A stretch of DNA of 64,000 nucleotides from Stegostoma tigrinum (lineage: Eukaryota): positions 33,819,608 to 33,883,607 of the forward strand of contig NC_081376.1 in NCBI RefSeq assembly GCF_030684315.1, read 5' to 3'. Within the stretch, counting starts at the first letter, position 1. The number at the start of each line of letters is the position of its first letter. The position numbers were made by a program, and so were the translations under genes. Below are positions 1 to 18,950 of this stretch, in pieces. The notes under the pieces were generated by a model. The model did not search any database. It saw only the letters and a list, made by a program, of their open reading frames with translations, and had not been told where the DNA came from.

Positions 1-44
1 CCAATATCATAACTTCTCACACTAGGAGTGCAGTGTGTTTATTA

Positions 45-7223
<7,179 letters not shown>

Positions 7224-7542
7224 TTAACGCTAGCAGCCCTGAGAGCTGAGCTCTGTTTGCTGAGGGAGTCCCAATCAATGATCCGATCAAACGTTAACTT
7301 TGGGACAAGTGCTCCAAGAACGTGCCACCTAGCGAACAGCAGGCAGTGAAGCATCGGGACAGGCTCGTTACATGATTCAAAAAGAACTTAACAAATTTTT
7401 CTGGAGCTAAGAAAGGTAGGAATACTCTGTAAGCGGTTCGCTGACAGGTAAATCCCAGCTCCTGCGGTCACACGGAATATGAGGTATGCTGGCTCCATTT
7501 TATCAGTCTTTTTAAATGCTGCACTACAGCATGTGATGAGTT

Positions 7543-7897
7543 CCAGGATAATAAAATGTGAGGCTGGATGAACACAGCAGGCCAAGCAGCATCTCAGGAG
7601 CACAAAAGCTGACGTTTCGGGCCTAGACCCTTCATCAGAGAGGGGGATGGGGAGAGGGAGCTGGAATAAATAGGGAGAGAGGGGGAGGCGGACCGAAGAT
7701 GGAGAGAAAAGAAGATAGGTGGAGAGAGTATAGGTGGGGAGGTAGGGAGGGGATAGGTCAGTCCAGGGAAGACGGACAGGTCAAGGAGGTGGGATGAGGT
7801 TAGTAGGTAGGAGATGGAGGTGCGGCTTGGGGTGGGAGGAAGGGATGGGTTGGAGGAAGAACAGGTTAGGGAGGCAGAGACAGGTTGGACTGGTTGG
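7543..7897 (-). mobile_element. Penelope (Neptune-type) 3' terminal fragment with hammerhead motif
   Basis: 17-bp TSD ACAGCATGTGATGAGTT (7526-7542, 7898-7914); nearly identical to the terminus of the GIY-YIG element at 47493. Confidence 0.88.
7611..7638 (-). ncRNA. Minimal type-I hammerhead ribozyme motif
   Basis: minus strand CTGATGA-AGGGTCTAGGCCC-GAAAC-GTC. Confidence 0.7.
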
Positions 7898-8255
7898 ACA
7901 GCATGTGATGAGTTGCCGTTTTGAGCTGCTCCTGATCTTGGGGTGTACACAGACTGCTGTGGAGTAGGAAGTTCCAGGATTTTGATTCAGCCATACCGAA
8001 GGAAAAGCCTCAGAGTACCAAATCAGCATGGTGTGTTACTCAGATCCAACGTGAGCTAATGCTGCTCCAGCATTTTATCATAAGGATTTCTCTCAACCAT
8101 TACAGCCGAGGCTTATAAGACAGTGACAAACATATTGATTTACACAGAGAGCTGTTAGAATTTACCTGTGTCCTACAGTCATGTCATTACCAGAATTTGA
8201 TTTTATGTAAATATAGCGTATTGGCCAGGTCAATGAAACTAGAAACTCGAGCAGA

Positions 8256-8441
8256 GATAGTAAGAACTGCCAATGCTGGAGTCTGAGATAACACAGCGTG
8301 GAGCTAGCGGGACGCAGCGAGCCAGGCAGCATCAGAGGAGCAGGAAGAAGGAGAAGAAGGGTCCTGACCTGAAACATCAGCTTTCCTGCTCCTCTGATGC
8401 TGCCTGGCTTGCTGTGTTCCTCCAGCTCCACAGTGTGTTAC
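8256..8441. mobile_element. Palindromic Penelope-derived fold-back element
   Basis: 17-bp TSD CTAGAAACTCGAGCAGA (8239-8255, 8442-8458); inverted arms; central hammerhead remnant gaagaagggtcctgacctgaaacatc. Confidence 0.8.
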
Positions 8442-10016
8442 CTAGAAACTCGAGCAGACTTGTTGGTTACATCCCATATCAGTAGCAGCTGGATGTTGGC
8501 TAGAGCAGTGGAAGTATCCAAGCAGCAACACTTAATTATTTGAGATTATCTGGGTCATCCTGTCCCTTTTGTAACACCAGCTGCTTAACAGTCAAATCAT
8601 CAAAACAGCTATTGTAGAATTTTGATGAGAAGGAAATGACTAAATATATATTCCGGGTATCGTGCGATATAACTCATAAAGAAACAGTTCACAAAATATC
8701 AGGAAAGACGCTCTCTAAGCCTAGAACTCTCAACATTGCCAGAGGGACAATGTCTTCCGAGGCCACGTGTCATCATCTGCATCTGCAGGAAATCAAGAAT
8801 CTATTCTACAATCATAATAGTTATTACACTGTTGCCGTCTGAGTAATCAAAGCTGCATTTGGGTATCAAACTTGAGTCTGAATTGTGAAGAATTATTTAA
8901 CTGCATTTAAAAGACTTTCTAACACACTACACATTGATTGTACCTCAAATGTAAGCCTACTATGAAAAGAAAACTAATTATTGTTTTTTGCAGTCTGCAT
9001 CCAATATAAAATGATACTTTAAGAACTTAAATGATTACTGACTGCAGGTGCACTAATTTGGCACTGTTTGGAATATCTTTCCATCACTTCAAGTAAAGCT
9101 TAACTTAATAACTGGGTTTGCAGCAAAATATAAGGAGGATAAGCATAATTGTGTACAATTAATACCTGGTTTTAGAAGTTTATGTTTGTATTCAGGGATG
9201 TTATATATTTAGAAGTAATGTAGTCATTTGGTACATGATACTTAGCTATATGTTCATTCATCACATATAGTGGTTGTATATTTATGTAAATTTGTCCTCA
9301 ATAAATTACAAATTACTATTCTGGTGAAATTAAGTACATTGAAGCAATCTATGTTTCTGTAGATTGTCAAGGACATATTCACATTGTTTCAATGGCTTAA
9401 TATTTAATGATTTTTGTGGATTTGAGTTTAAAGGATTGTAAAAATCTGAATTTTCTTCTGTAGAGAATAATGAAGGAAACCTTCTCTAGCAAGGCACTTT
9501 CTGTAAGTCACAAATCTTGTAATAACTGCTTGTCTACTGCAGAACCTCTGCTTCGGTTAATGACTGTCAGGTCACAGCTTCTGCTTTGGAGATGTTTTGG
9601 ATTTTTTAGTTGGTGACCAGTCTAGGGAAAGGAAAGAGCTCAGAGCTCCAATTGCTGAACAACCTCTAGTTGTGAATCCAGTATGGTGCCTGCACTGTCG
9701 TCCAGTCTGATCCCTAAATAGCAATATGACGACCACTGGAAGAATTTTTAATACTGTATTTCCCATTGGCCAAGATCCTGGGAACATTTGCTTGTGTTTG
9801 TGCACCAGATGTCAGACCGACAACTTCCTGAACATTCCACATCTTATCATTTTGTTGTCTACAAGATCTAAGATTTCTTGACCAGAAGTATTTTGTTTCT
9901 TTTTTCATCTAAAATGAACCTCTGCAGAGTGGAATCTGTTTTCCTTTCTGCCTGATGTGTGTGTGTGCATGTGTGAGTGTTAATTTGCGTTCATGTTTTG
10001 TGTTATTGAGAGAATT

Positions 10017-10100
10017 TAAGATTTATATAATAAATATATTATAAATAAGATTTATATAATAAGATTTATATGATTAAATAATAAATTTATATAATAAACA
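10017..10100. repeat. AT-rich tandem repeat (AAGATTTATATAATAA-like units)
   Basis: Several imperfect copies visible. Confidence 0.6.
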
Positions 10101-10435
10101 TTTTAGTACATTTTTAAACATTTTTATATTACAACATAATTTTGTTAAGCAGTTTTGCATCATCATTGAAAAAGTTTGTTTATGAAAAAAACACTAGTTT
10201 TGTGTTTGTTGAGGAAACCTAGTTGATGGATGTTTTAGTTTCACATCTATTATAGAGAAAGCACATGATAGGCCATTTTGGGAACCACGTAAAACAATTA
10301 AATTCGAGCTGTAACACATGGACTGGTGGATGTAGAGAAAGAGAGCACACTTATTCAGACTTGGTCATAACATAGCATAAAATTTATTTCCAAGGTTCAA
10401 TTTCTAAATCTTCAGTTAAAGATATAACTTTACAT

Positions 10436-10705
10436 ATTGTCTGTGTGGAGTTTGCACATTCTCCCTGTGTCTGTGTGGGTTTCCTCCAGGTGCTCTGGTT
10501 TCCTCCCACAGTCCAAAGATGTGCAGGTTAGGGGGTTGGCCATGCTAAATTGTCCATAGTGTCTCGGGATATGTTGGTGAGCAGTGGGGAGTGCAGGGTT
10601 ACTGGGATAAGGCAGGGGGGTGGGTCTGGCTGGGATACTTTGGAAGATTGGTGTGGGATCAATGGACCAAATAGCCTGGTTCAATACAGTAGGGATTCTA
10701 TGATA
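10436..10705 (+). mobile_element. 5'-truncated HE1-like SINE with LINE-derived tail
   Basis: ctgtgtggagtttgcacattctccc...ccacagtccaaagatgtgcaggttag...gggattctatgat. Confidence 0.82.
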
Positions 10706-11108
10706 TTGCTGAACAGAATTGTATATTCATAGTATTTTAAATTTTCTGAGGGCCTCCACCAACAAGTTAGTCAGCCTTTATCTGTGTACTATTTTCCTTC
10801 CACATTCACCTGTTTTGCTCCATTTGCACATTTGTATAATCTTGATGCCATGTCACCCATTCATGTCTTAATTCCTGGCAGGTTGAAAACGTGACCAGTA
10901 ATTGTTAAGGATATTGATCCAGAGAGGGTACAGCACAGATTCTCTTGGATACTGCCTGGTGTGAGGAAATGCAAGGAAAGGAAACTTTAAAACAGTGCAG
11001 AAGAGGCAGCCATGAATTGACTGATAGAGGTGTGTAAAATTACAAATTGATGAAGTGGATTAGGGGTGTAGAATAAGGGAACATCATTAGGACAGAAACC
11101 AGGAGAAA

Positions 11109-11262
11109 CCTATCAGTTAACATTTCGAATCCAGTGATCCTTCCAGACCTGAAACATTAACTCTGATTTTTTTCTTCACAAATGCTGCTAAACCTGCTGA
11201 GCTCTTCCAGCAACTTCTATTTTTGTTCCTGATTTACAGCATCCACAGTTCTTTTGGTTTTT
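11109..11262 (+). mobile_element. Old short Penelope-derived element inserted in a CR1 fragment
   Basis: 11-bp direct repeat ACCAGGAGAAA (11098-11108, 11263-11273); acctgaaacattaactctg...atgctgc..acctgctgag terminal motif. Confidence 0.6.
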
Positions 11263-11929
11263 ACCAGGAGAAATATCTTTACACAGGATATTACGATTGG
11301 AATGCAATAATGAAAATAGGCATTTGTTAAGCACCTGAAGTGTCATAAAGACCTCTTTTAGGGTGTTGCTAAAATGTGGCTATGTCAGCATTGAAAAATA
11401 GTTTAGGTAGATGTTTGAAGTAAAAGGGACATAGAAGCATACAAGTTCAGCAAGACACATAGGATTAGGACTCTTGTGAATGTGGATATGAACACCACCA
11501 CAGTCTGGTTAGATTGAATGACCCTTTCTTTGGCTGTAATTTTGCTTTTTCATTTTGCATTTTTTTAACAAAGTGAATTGTTAAGATTTGGAATGTGCTG
11601 TCCGAAAGGATAGTGGAAAAAGATTTAATTGTAACTTTCAAAGATAAATTAAATAAATACTTGGAGAAAAATGTAGGGCTACAGAGAAAGAGTGAGAGGT
11701 GAAACTAGCTGTCTTTTGAAGAGCTAGGAAAGAGACAGTAATTTGAAGAGCCTCCCTCTGAGGCCTTGACCCTTTCCTATTATTTATAACTGTTCAGGAA
11801 TATCAGCTGAAAAGACAGCAACATACACTATTGACATCCAGTTCAACCTCATCACTACCTCTTCTGACTGCTACACTGTTACTAAATTAACAAAGTGTCC
11901 AATATCCAAAGCTGAAGGATCAGAAATAC

Positions 11930-12480
11930 TCACCCAACTAAAAACTGGGGAGACTGAAGTCATGTCTTCCCAATCCATTCCTATCTATCAGCTACATTCC
12001 CTGCCTTACCGTTTGCCACTTTGATGTCATATTTAACCCTAACAAGAGTGCCTGGCTACATATCTGCATCATTATGAAGACAGTCAAGTTCCCTCTCCAT
12101 AACATTGCCCTACAGACCTAATCTCAGCTAATTTGGCGGGTAAACCCTCATCAATGTTTTGGTTATCACAAGACACAACTATTCTGATGCATACCTGGCT
12201 GGTGTGCCACATGCTTACCCTGTAAACATGAAGTCATCCAGAACTGTTGTCCTGGTCCTAACTTGCACCAAAAGTCATTCACCATGATCTTTACGTGTAC
12301 TCACCACACTGGCTGCTGGTTCAACGACACTTGATTTTAAAATTCTCATCTCTTCCTCAACTGTGTAATCTTCTCCAGCCTCACCATCTCTGTTCCTCCA
12401 ACTCTAGCCTCTTGACCAACCAATTTTAATGACTTCATCATTGCCAGCTGCGTCTTTGAAGATATACTGACCTTGGATGC
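11930..12480 (+). mobile_element. L2-type LINE RT C-terminal remnant
   Basis: Decayed coding motifs resembling DY.NA.LAG.P and HWL.V...DFKILI. Confidence 0.55.
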
Positions 12481-12534
12481 AATATAGAGGAGGTTCGTGA
12501 GGTCCTGGGTATGGACAGTTTGAATACTTTGGCG

Positions 12535-13215
12535 TGTGTGTGTGAGAGAGAGAAAGAATGTGTGTGCTCTTTCACACACTCTCATATAAACACAGACACA
12601 CACAAACTCACACAGACCCTCTCTCATACACATCTACTCTCTCACACACACTCTCTCTCATGCACACACATACACAGTCTCTATCTCTTTCTCCCTCACA
12701 CATACATAAATCTATGGGGAGAATCATTTCATCCAAGATTTTCGTTTATTTGCAGATGCATTCTATTTTTTTCAAAAAACACACAATTTGTAGTTACTAT
12801 CAGTCAGTGTGGCATCTTATAAATTGCAGCTTTTCGAATAAAACCAGCCTGGTTCAGGTTAAAACTCTTGAGACGGGGTTCTGTACAAAGCCTCACAGTG
12901 TCTGACCTGAGATGACCCGTTTTATAAATTCGTATCACTCTGATTGTCATGACAACACAGCATTGACATTGATCTTATTAACACTTTACACCCCATGTAA
13001 CACGCTTGGTCACCTGTAGCGATTTATCATCTGACACTCCACTCACACCAGTTGTATGATCTTTCGATCTCACTGTCCTTGATCCCTCTGTAGATGAACT
13101 CTTGTGTCTGTGTGCGCTGCTCTCTTACTGCACCTGAAGAACGGGCTGCGTTATGAAAACGTGTGTGATTACAATTAACTCTGTTGGACTGTAACTTGTC
13201 ACTTTATGTCCTCAC
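12535..13215 (+). mobile_element. Penelope 3' region (third family) with CA/CT microsatellite
   Basis: Homologous to the 57270-57768 arm; decayed hammerhead cacCTGAAGA..GAAAacgtgtg at ~13131-13166. Confidence 0.7.
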
Positions 13216-13590
13216 GGACTTCCAAGGCACTGGGCTTTGGATTTGCCCTTCTCCAAACTCTACCGCCTCGCTTTCCTCTTTTTAACCTCTGCCGTCCAAC
13301 CTACTATTTCCCCGCGGGGCTCACAGTCCAACACTGTTTTGTAATGTTCTTGAGAAACGGTGGGGGTTGTTGGCGCCACATAAATACAAATTGCAGTTGA
13401 AAATTTATTGGTGGGAAAAGGGATCACATGCAAAACAGGCTAATGGCTGGCGACTGCAGATGACTCCGGCGTTGTCAGATTCAATGACCAGCTGTGTGTA
13501 GAGGTCTGCCTGTAGGAGATTCCAAGCTAATAAAATGTGAGGCTGGACGAACACAGCAGGCCAAGCAGCATCTCAGGAGCACAAAAAGCT

Positions 13591-13618
13591 GACGTTTCGG
13601 GCCTAGACCCTTCATCAG
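13591..13618 (-). ncRNA. Minimal hammerhead ribozyme motif
   Basis: minus strand CTGATGA-AGGGTCTAGGCCC-GAAAC-GTC. Confidence 0.7.
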
Positions 13619-14068
13619 AGAGGGGGATGGGGAGAGGGAACTGGAATAAATAGGGAGAGAGGGGGAGGCGGACCGAAGATGGAGAGTAAAGAAGATAGGT
13701 GGAGAGAGTGTAGGTGGGGAGGTAGGGAGGGGATAGGTCAGTCCAGGGAAGACGGACAGGTCAAGGAGGTGGGATGAGGTTAGTAGCTCTTCCCCCCCAC
13801 CCACTGTATCCCAAAACCAGTCCAACCTGTCTCTGCCTCCCTAACCGGTTCTTCCTCTCACCCATCCCTTCCTCCCACCCCAAGCCGCACCCCCCGCTAC
13901 CTACTAACCTCATCCCACCTCCTTGACCTGTCCGTCTTCCCTGGACTGACCTATCCCCTCCCTACCTCCCCATCTACACTCTCTCCCTCTATCTTCTTTA
14001 CTCTCCATCTTCGGTCCGCCTCCCCCTCTCTCCCTATTTATTCCAGTTCCCTCCCCCCATCCCCCTCT

Positions 14069-14096
14069 CTGATGAAGGGTCTAGGCCCGAAACGTC
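14069..14096 (+). ncRNA. Minimal hammerhead ribozyme motif
   Basis: CTGATGA-AGGGTCTAGGCCC-GAAAC-GTC. Confidence 0.7.
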
Positions 14097-14239
14097 AGCT
14101 TTTGTGCTCCTGAGATGCTGCTTGGCCTGCTGTGTTCATCCAGCCTCACATTTTATTATCTTGGATTCTCCAGCATCTGCAGTTCCCATTATCTCTGCCT
14201 GTAGGAGATGTTTAGAATGGTACTTGTGTGGGTGGAGCT

Positions 14240-14545
14240 GAAGTATCGGAAATGAGAGCTGGCGGGTGATTTCCGTTTCCGAAGCTGTGTGAAGCAGTAG
14301 GCTGGGAGAGTGTGGAGGTGTGTGTAACTTTCATTCTGGCTGATTGACAGCTTCCAGGGATTAGCAGTGACTCGGTCATAGACGGAGCGGGACGAGCTTT
14401 CTATGAACATCCCTGTCGCGAACTGAATGAGCAGCCGGCCGGTGTGGGTTTATCAGTGCGAGAGAAGGAGGGAAAAAAAAAGTCAATTGGCCACCTGAGA
14501 GGTGCTCCACTGCCTGTGGAGGGGAGCTTGAGGGAAGGTGAGGTT
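14240..14545 (+). promoter_or_regulatory. Probable promoter / non-coding first exon of the KLHL-like gene
   Basis: Local CpG enrichment, ETS-like CGGAAA (14248) and TTCCGTTTCCG (14271); candidate donor AAG|GTGAGG at ~14537; the ATG exon has an acceptor at 18250, so an upstream exon is required. Confidence 0.45.
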
Positions 14546-16734
14546 TTGGCTTGTGTTGGGAAGGGGCGTGTCCTTGAGCTCAGGTGCTCCTTACTTCACG
14601 GAGTCACTGTCACTTTGCCCACTGCAATACCGTGTTTCTGTGCAAGTCCAAGTGGCCAGCTCTTACACTGGGTGTGTTAGCAACAGAGTTGGACTGTGTT
14701 CAGTGGGAGTAATCCATGCATTGTAGTCATTGGCGCATGTGTAGTTAGGCGCTGTTGTTCTTTTCCGTCCTTCGTATGAAAGTGGCACTTTTAAAACAAA
14801 AAGTAGCTGCCAATGTAAATGAGCAGATGTTACAGTGATGTAATTTGCTTTGAGTTAACTTTCTAACAGAATGAGGTATCGTTGTAGTGGAGAACGGCAA
14901 TGCTGCTCTCCCGCCTTCCCTGTGAGAGTGAAATACAGAGGAGATGACTGATAGCTCTGTAGCTGTACTGAGAGGGCTTCTGTCGGGCATCCTGCTTGCA
15001 TTTTAACGGTGGCTGATGTTAAGACTGAAAATGACGGCAGGTTAATGTTCTGGAACTTACAAATTTAACTTTAAAAGTGTCAGGAGCTCTGGACAAGTTT
15101 GCCTGGGGTCTTGATTGACTTCGTTTCATTTTCTATGTTGGCAGGGATTTCTCAAGTAGGTATGATTTCACTATCTGTTGTACAAAAATAGCTGTCAAAC
15201 GCTCCAACAATAATAACTTGCAATTGACTCGTGCCTTTAATGTAATCCCCTAAAGTACTGTTTAAGATGTGGTGTAAAGTGAACATTAAGTTATGCAACA
15301 AAGAGGTAGTCTTTGAGTGTCTTAAAGGTGAAGGCAGATATGGGGAGAGGGGGTAATTCCAGAGCTTAGGCTCAGGCAGCTGAAGGTATAGCCACAAATT
15401 GCTGGGTGGTTAAAGTCAGGGATGCTTTAAAAAGTCAGAATTCAAGAGGCCCAGATCTCTGAAGGTTGTTGATCTGGAAATGTTTAGAGGAGATAGGATG
15501 AAGTCAGAGAGGGTTTTGAAAACAAAGTTGAGAATTTTTAAGTTGTGGAGCTGGTTAACCAAGCCTCAGACTCAGCAAGCACCCAGGGGTAATGAATGGA
15601 CAGGATTGATGTGATTAAGCGCTCGGGCATTGGAGTTTTCCATTTCTGTCGCTCCACTGAACTCCCCCTCCCTTTGTGAGCTTTTCATTGTGCCCTTATT
15701 ACATTTCTGACAGCCTCTTGGAGGAGAGTAGAAAGACAGGTTTACGCAGCCTTAGACTGATTTACTATTAAGTCTCTCTGCTAATCCTGTAACTCATTAT
15801 CAGTGACAAATATCTTTTTAGATCTTTACATGAGCATGTTTACTGTACTGCATCAATTTATCCTTAATCTTAATTCATTCCATTTCTACCCCTCTGCAGA
15901 ATTTCTTTCAGATTTTGTTTTGAGTTTGCACCCAAATTTGTAACTTCATTTAATTTTAGGAATATTGATTTGTTGTGAATGTGCATGCACAATTATTAGA
16001 CTCTCTGATGTTTAGCTTTTCGAATTAGGATTCCCAGCTGCTCAAATGTGGTTAGTCTTAGGACAGGTAAATGGTGAACAAACAACATTGTTACACAGAA
16101 AGACAATTTGTTCTTGTAGCGATGCGAATGTCTCTTGTATTTTGGTTTTATATTAAAAAATGGAAAGACTCGGTTTAAACAGCCTGTGAAATGTCTCACA
16201 TTTTGTGAAAGTGAGTGAAAGTGTCTTTTAACTGATTACCGGCCCCCTATTCAAAGCTCAGCACCTACCAGAATTTGAACAGGATTCTTAGCTAAGGCAG
16301 CTAGCATTCTTGTTGAAGGGAGGGAGATCTGATTTTGTGTCTCTGCTGGCTTGCTCTGGGGTACGGTTCCTTGAATGCTGCCTTTATTCCAGAAGCCAAT
16401 CCGATGGCTGTTTTTGCTTCCACCCTGTGCAATGTTGGTTTGTTGTAAGATGACCGGGCTTTCTATTCAGTATCATTGCTTTAAATCCATGTGGACTGCG
16501 GCAGTTCAAGAAGAACCTTCACCCTCTGCTTCACAGGGCAACTAAGGATGGGGTAGTAAATGCTGGACTTGCCAATAATGGTAACATTCCCAGAATGAAA
16601 CAAATAAAACTGAAATGAAATGCATGTTAGATTCCTGTACATAAATGAGCCATTACAGAGTCGAGTGTGGGATTGGGGTTTGAAAGTTAAACTCAACCCT
16701 TGTGTTTGAAGGCACGGTATTTGTGACCAAGGAG

Positions 16735-17215
16735 GGTGAGGTATCTTGGTAATACAAATAAGGGCAGGACTTCTACAAGTAATGAAAGGGTCCCGGGTGG
16801 TGTTGTCGAACAGAGAGACCCAGATGTTCAGGTACCTAATTCTTTGACATTTGCATTACAGGTAGATGGGGTGGTTAAGATAACATTTGCCTTCATTGCT
16901 CAGATCTTTGTTTATAGGAGTTGGGACATCATGATGAGGCTGTACAGCACATTGGTGAGACCTTTTCTGAAGTACTGCATGCTGTTCTGGTTGGCCTGTG
17001 AGAAGTGGGATAATAGTAAACTGGAGAGGGTTCAGAAAAGATTTACAAGGATGTTGCCAGGAATGGAGATTTTAAAAATAGATGGGAAAGGCTGGGACTT
17101 GATTGGAGAGCAGGAGCCTGAGGGGTGACCTTATAGAGGTTTATAAAATCATGAGGCGGCAGAGATAAAGTGAATGAAAAGGGTGTTTTCCTTACGTTGG
17201 GAGAGTTCAAAACTA
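16735..17215 (+). mobile_element. CR1 LINE ORF2 C-terminal fragment
   Basis: ORF 16736-17128: ...RLYSTLVRPFLKYCMLFW...[16 protein letters not shown]. Confidence 0.85.
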
Positions 17216-17399
17216 CTATAAATTGTAGTTGAGAGACTGGGATTCTTTGATCTGTTTTTGGAGCCCCTGATAAGCTGCTGTCTGATATTTGAACTGTGTT
17301 CGCATATTAATCAGGTAATGTTGGCAGTAACAACATTGCTGTGGAATTTAGGCATCTCAAGTTGAAAATTTTGCTTGCTCTAGTCTTTCATTTTGTGGA

Positions 17400-17690
17400 C
17401 ATTGTTGCCTTTCTTTGCCCACTGGGCCGGTCAAGAGTTGTCCACATTGCTGTGGGTCTGGAGTCACCTGTAGGCCAGACCAGGTAGGATGGCAATTTCC
17501 TTCTCTTAAGGGTATTAGTGAACCAGATGGATTTTTTCCCAACAATTGACAATGAATTCATGGTCATCATTAGACTGGTTAATGCCGGATATTTGTGGAA
17601 TTCACATTCCATCATTTGTCTTGCTGTGATTGGAACCAGGGTCTCTGAATTAACAATTCAGTGATAATATTTCTAGGCCATTGCCTCCCT
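17400..17690 (-). mobile_element. Shark SINE family copy (related copies ~22760-23000 +, ~34230-34840 -)
   Basis: Shared cacattgctgtgggtctggagtcac.tgtagg.cagaccaggta.gatggca core in several places. Confidence 0.55.
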
Positions 17691-17706
17691 CCTCAAAGGT
17701 AAACCC

Positions 17707-17787
17707 TGCTGCGAGCAGGGTTTGAACTTGCATGGGAAAACCCCATTGGTTTTGAGTCGGATGCCTTAATTGCTCGGCCATCGCTGA
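17707..17787 (-). pseudogene. Decayed tRNA-Ser (CGA/TGA family) pseudogene
   Basis: Minus strand TCAGCGATGGCCGAGCAATTAAGGCATCCGACTCAAAACCAATGGGGTTTTCCCATGCAAGTTCAAACCCTGCTCGCAGCA aligns end to end with vertebrate tRNA-Ser (long variable arm); D-loop GG lost, anticodon stem broken. Confidence 0.8.
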
Positions 17788-18266
17788 TAATCTGTATTTA
17801 GTGGTCTAGGTTGAGGGGTAAATATTCAGTGAGGAATGTGAGGACGATTTATTTTGTGCTCTCGAATAGTAAGGTGAGGTCTTGTTTCAGTGTTTTATTT
17901 GAATCCTTTGGCGCCCCACCCCACCCACAGTTATCCCTTACTTTGGTGCTGCACTTGGGTTGGACAGAATTATTTTCTTAAGTTTCTAGACTGGGATTCA
18001 AGCTGATGAATTTCTTACTCTGAGGGGAGAGTGCTACAGTGACATTAGTCTTTGTAATAGAATACACTGGCCCTTGGCACCAGAATAACAGTGTGTCAGA
18101 TAGTAGGCAGTGTTCCAAAGAGACACAAAGGGCCTGTTGTGCTACAGGGTTGAGATACGTTGGCTAGCTCTGTGTCCTCTAATGTTTGAATATTATCATC
18201 AGGAGATCTGACTTTTTAATCTGATGATCTTTCCCTTTTTATTTTGTCAGGGGTGTGTTTTGAGAG

Positions 18267-18950
18267 ATGGATGAAATGGAACTGTTCACTGAGGACACTG
18301 GAAACCACTTGGAGTGTGAGGACTATATGTTTGTTGAATCAGAACATTCTGGCAAAGTTCTAGATGGGCTCAACAGCCTGCGACTGAACAATGCTTTCTG
18401 TGATGTTATTCTGTGTTGTGATGGTCAGGAATTCCCATGTCATCGCATTGTACTTGCCTCCTTCAGTTCCTATTTCAGGGTCATGTTTTCCACGGATCTG
18501 GTGGAGTCTCGGCAGGAACGTGTGGCGATAAATGGTATCGAGCCGCAGATGGTGGGATTGCTGGTGGTCTATGCCTACACAGCCCGTGTGCTCATTACGA
18601 GAGCCAACGTCCAGGCACTGCTGGCAGCTGCCAACCTCTTGGATGTCATGTCGGTTCGGGAAGCCTGCTGCAAGTTCATGGAACGGCAGATGGATGAAAC
18701 AAACTGTGTGGGCATCCACTGCTTTGCTGAGGCCCACTCCTGCATGGAGCTGCAGACCAAGAGTATGAACTACATCCTGCAGCATTTTGATGTCATTCAC
18801 AAGCAGGAGGAATTCCTCTCGCTCTCAACAGAGAAGCTTATTGAAATTGTCTCCAGCGATGATCTTAATATCCCTTCTGAGGAGATGGTCTTTGAGGCAG
18901 TTGTCCTCTGGTTGGAAAAGGATCACTCAAGGGAACAGAATTTTGAGAAG
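18267..18950 (+). CDS. KLHL-like coding exon 1 (BTB + BACK start)
   Basis: acceptor tcag|18251, ATG 18267, donor GAAG|gtgaag. Confidence 0.94.

Larger units (their letters stand above)
13521..14193. mobile_element. Fold-back Neptune-type Penelope insertion
   Basis: 16-bp TSD TCTGCCTGTAGGAGAT (13505-13520, 14194-14209); near-perfect inverted arms 13521-13786 / 13901-14165. Confidence 0.9.

Noticed and set aside
9500-10372. LTR-like segment ending GGTCATAACA
   Set aside because: Could not define a 5' TG end with a matching TSD.
12346-12905. His/Thr-rich ORFs
   Set aside because: Translation of a CA/CT microsatellite in a Penelope 3' region.
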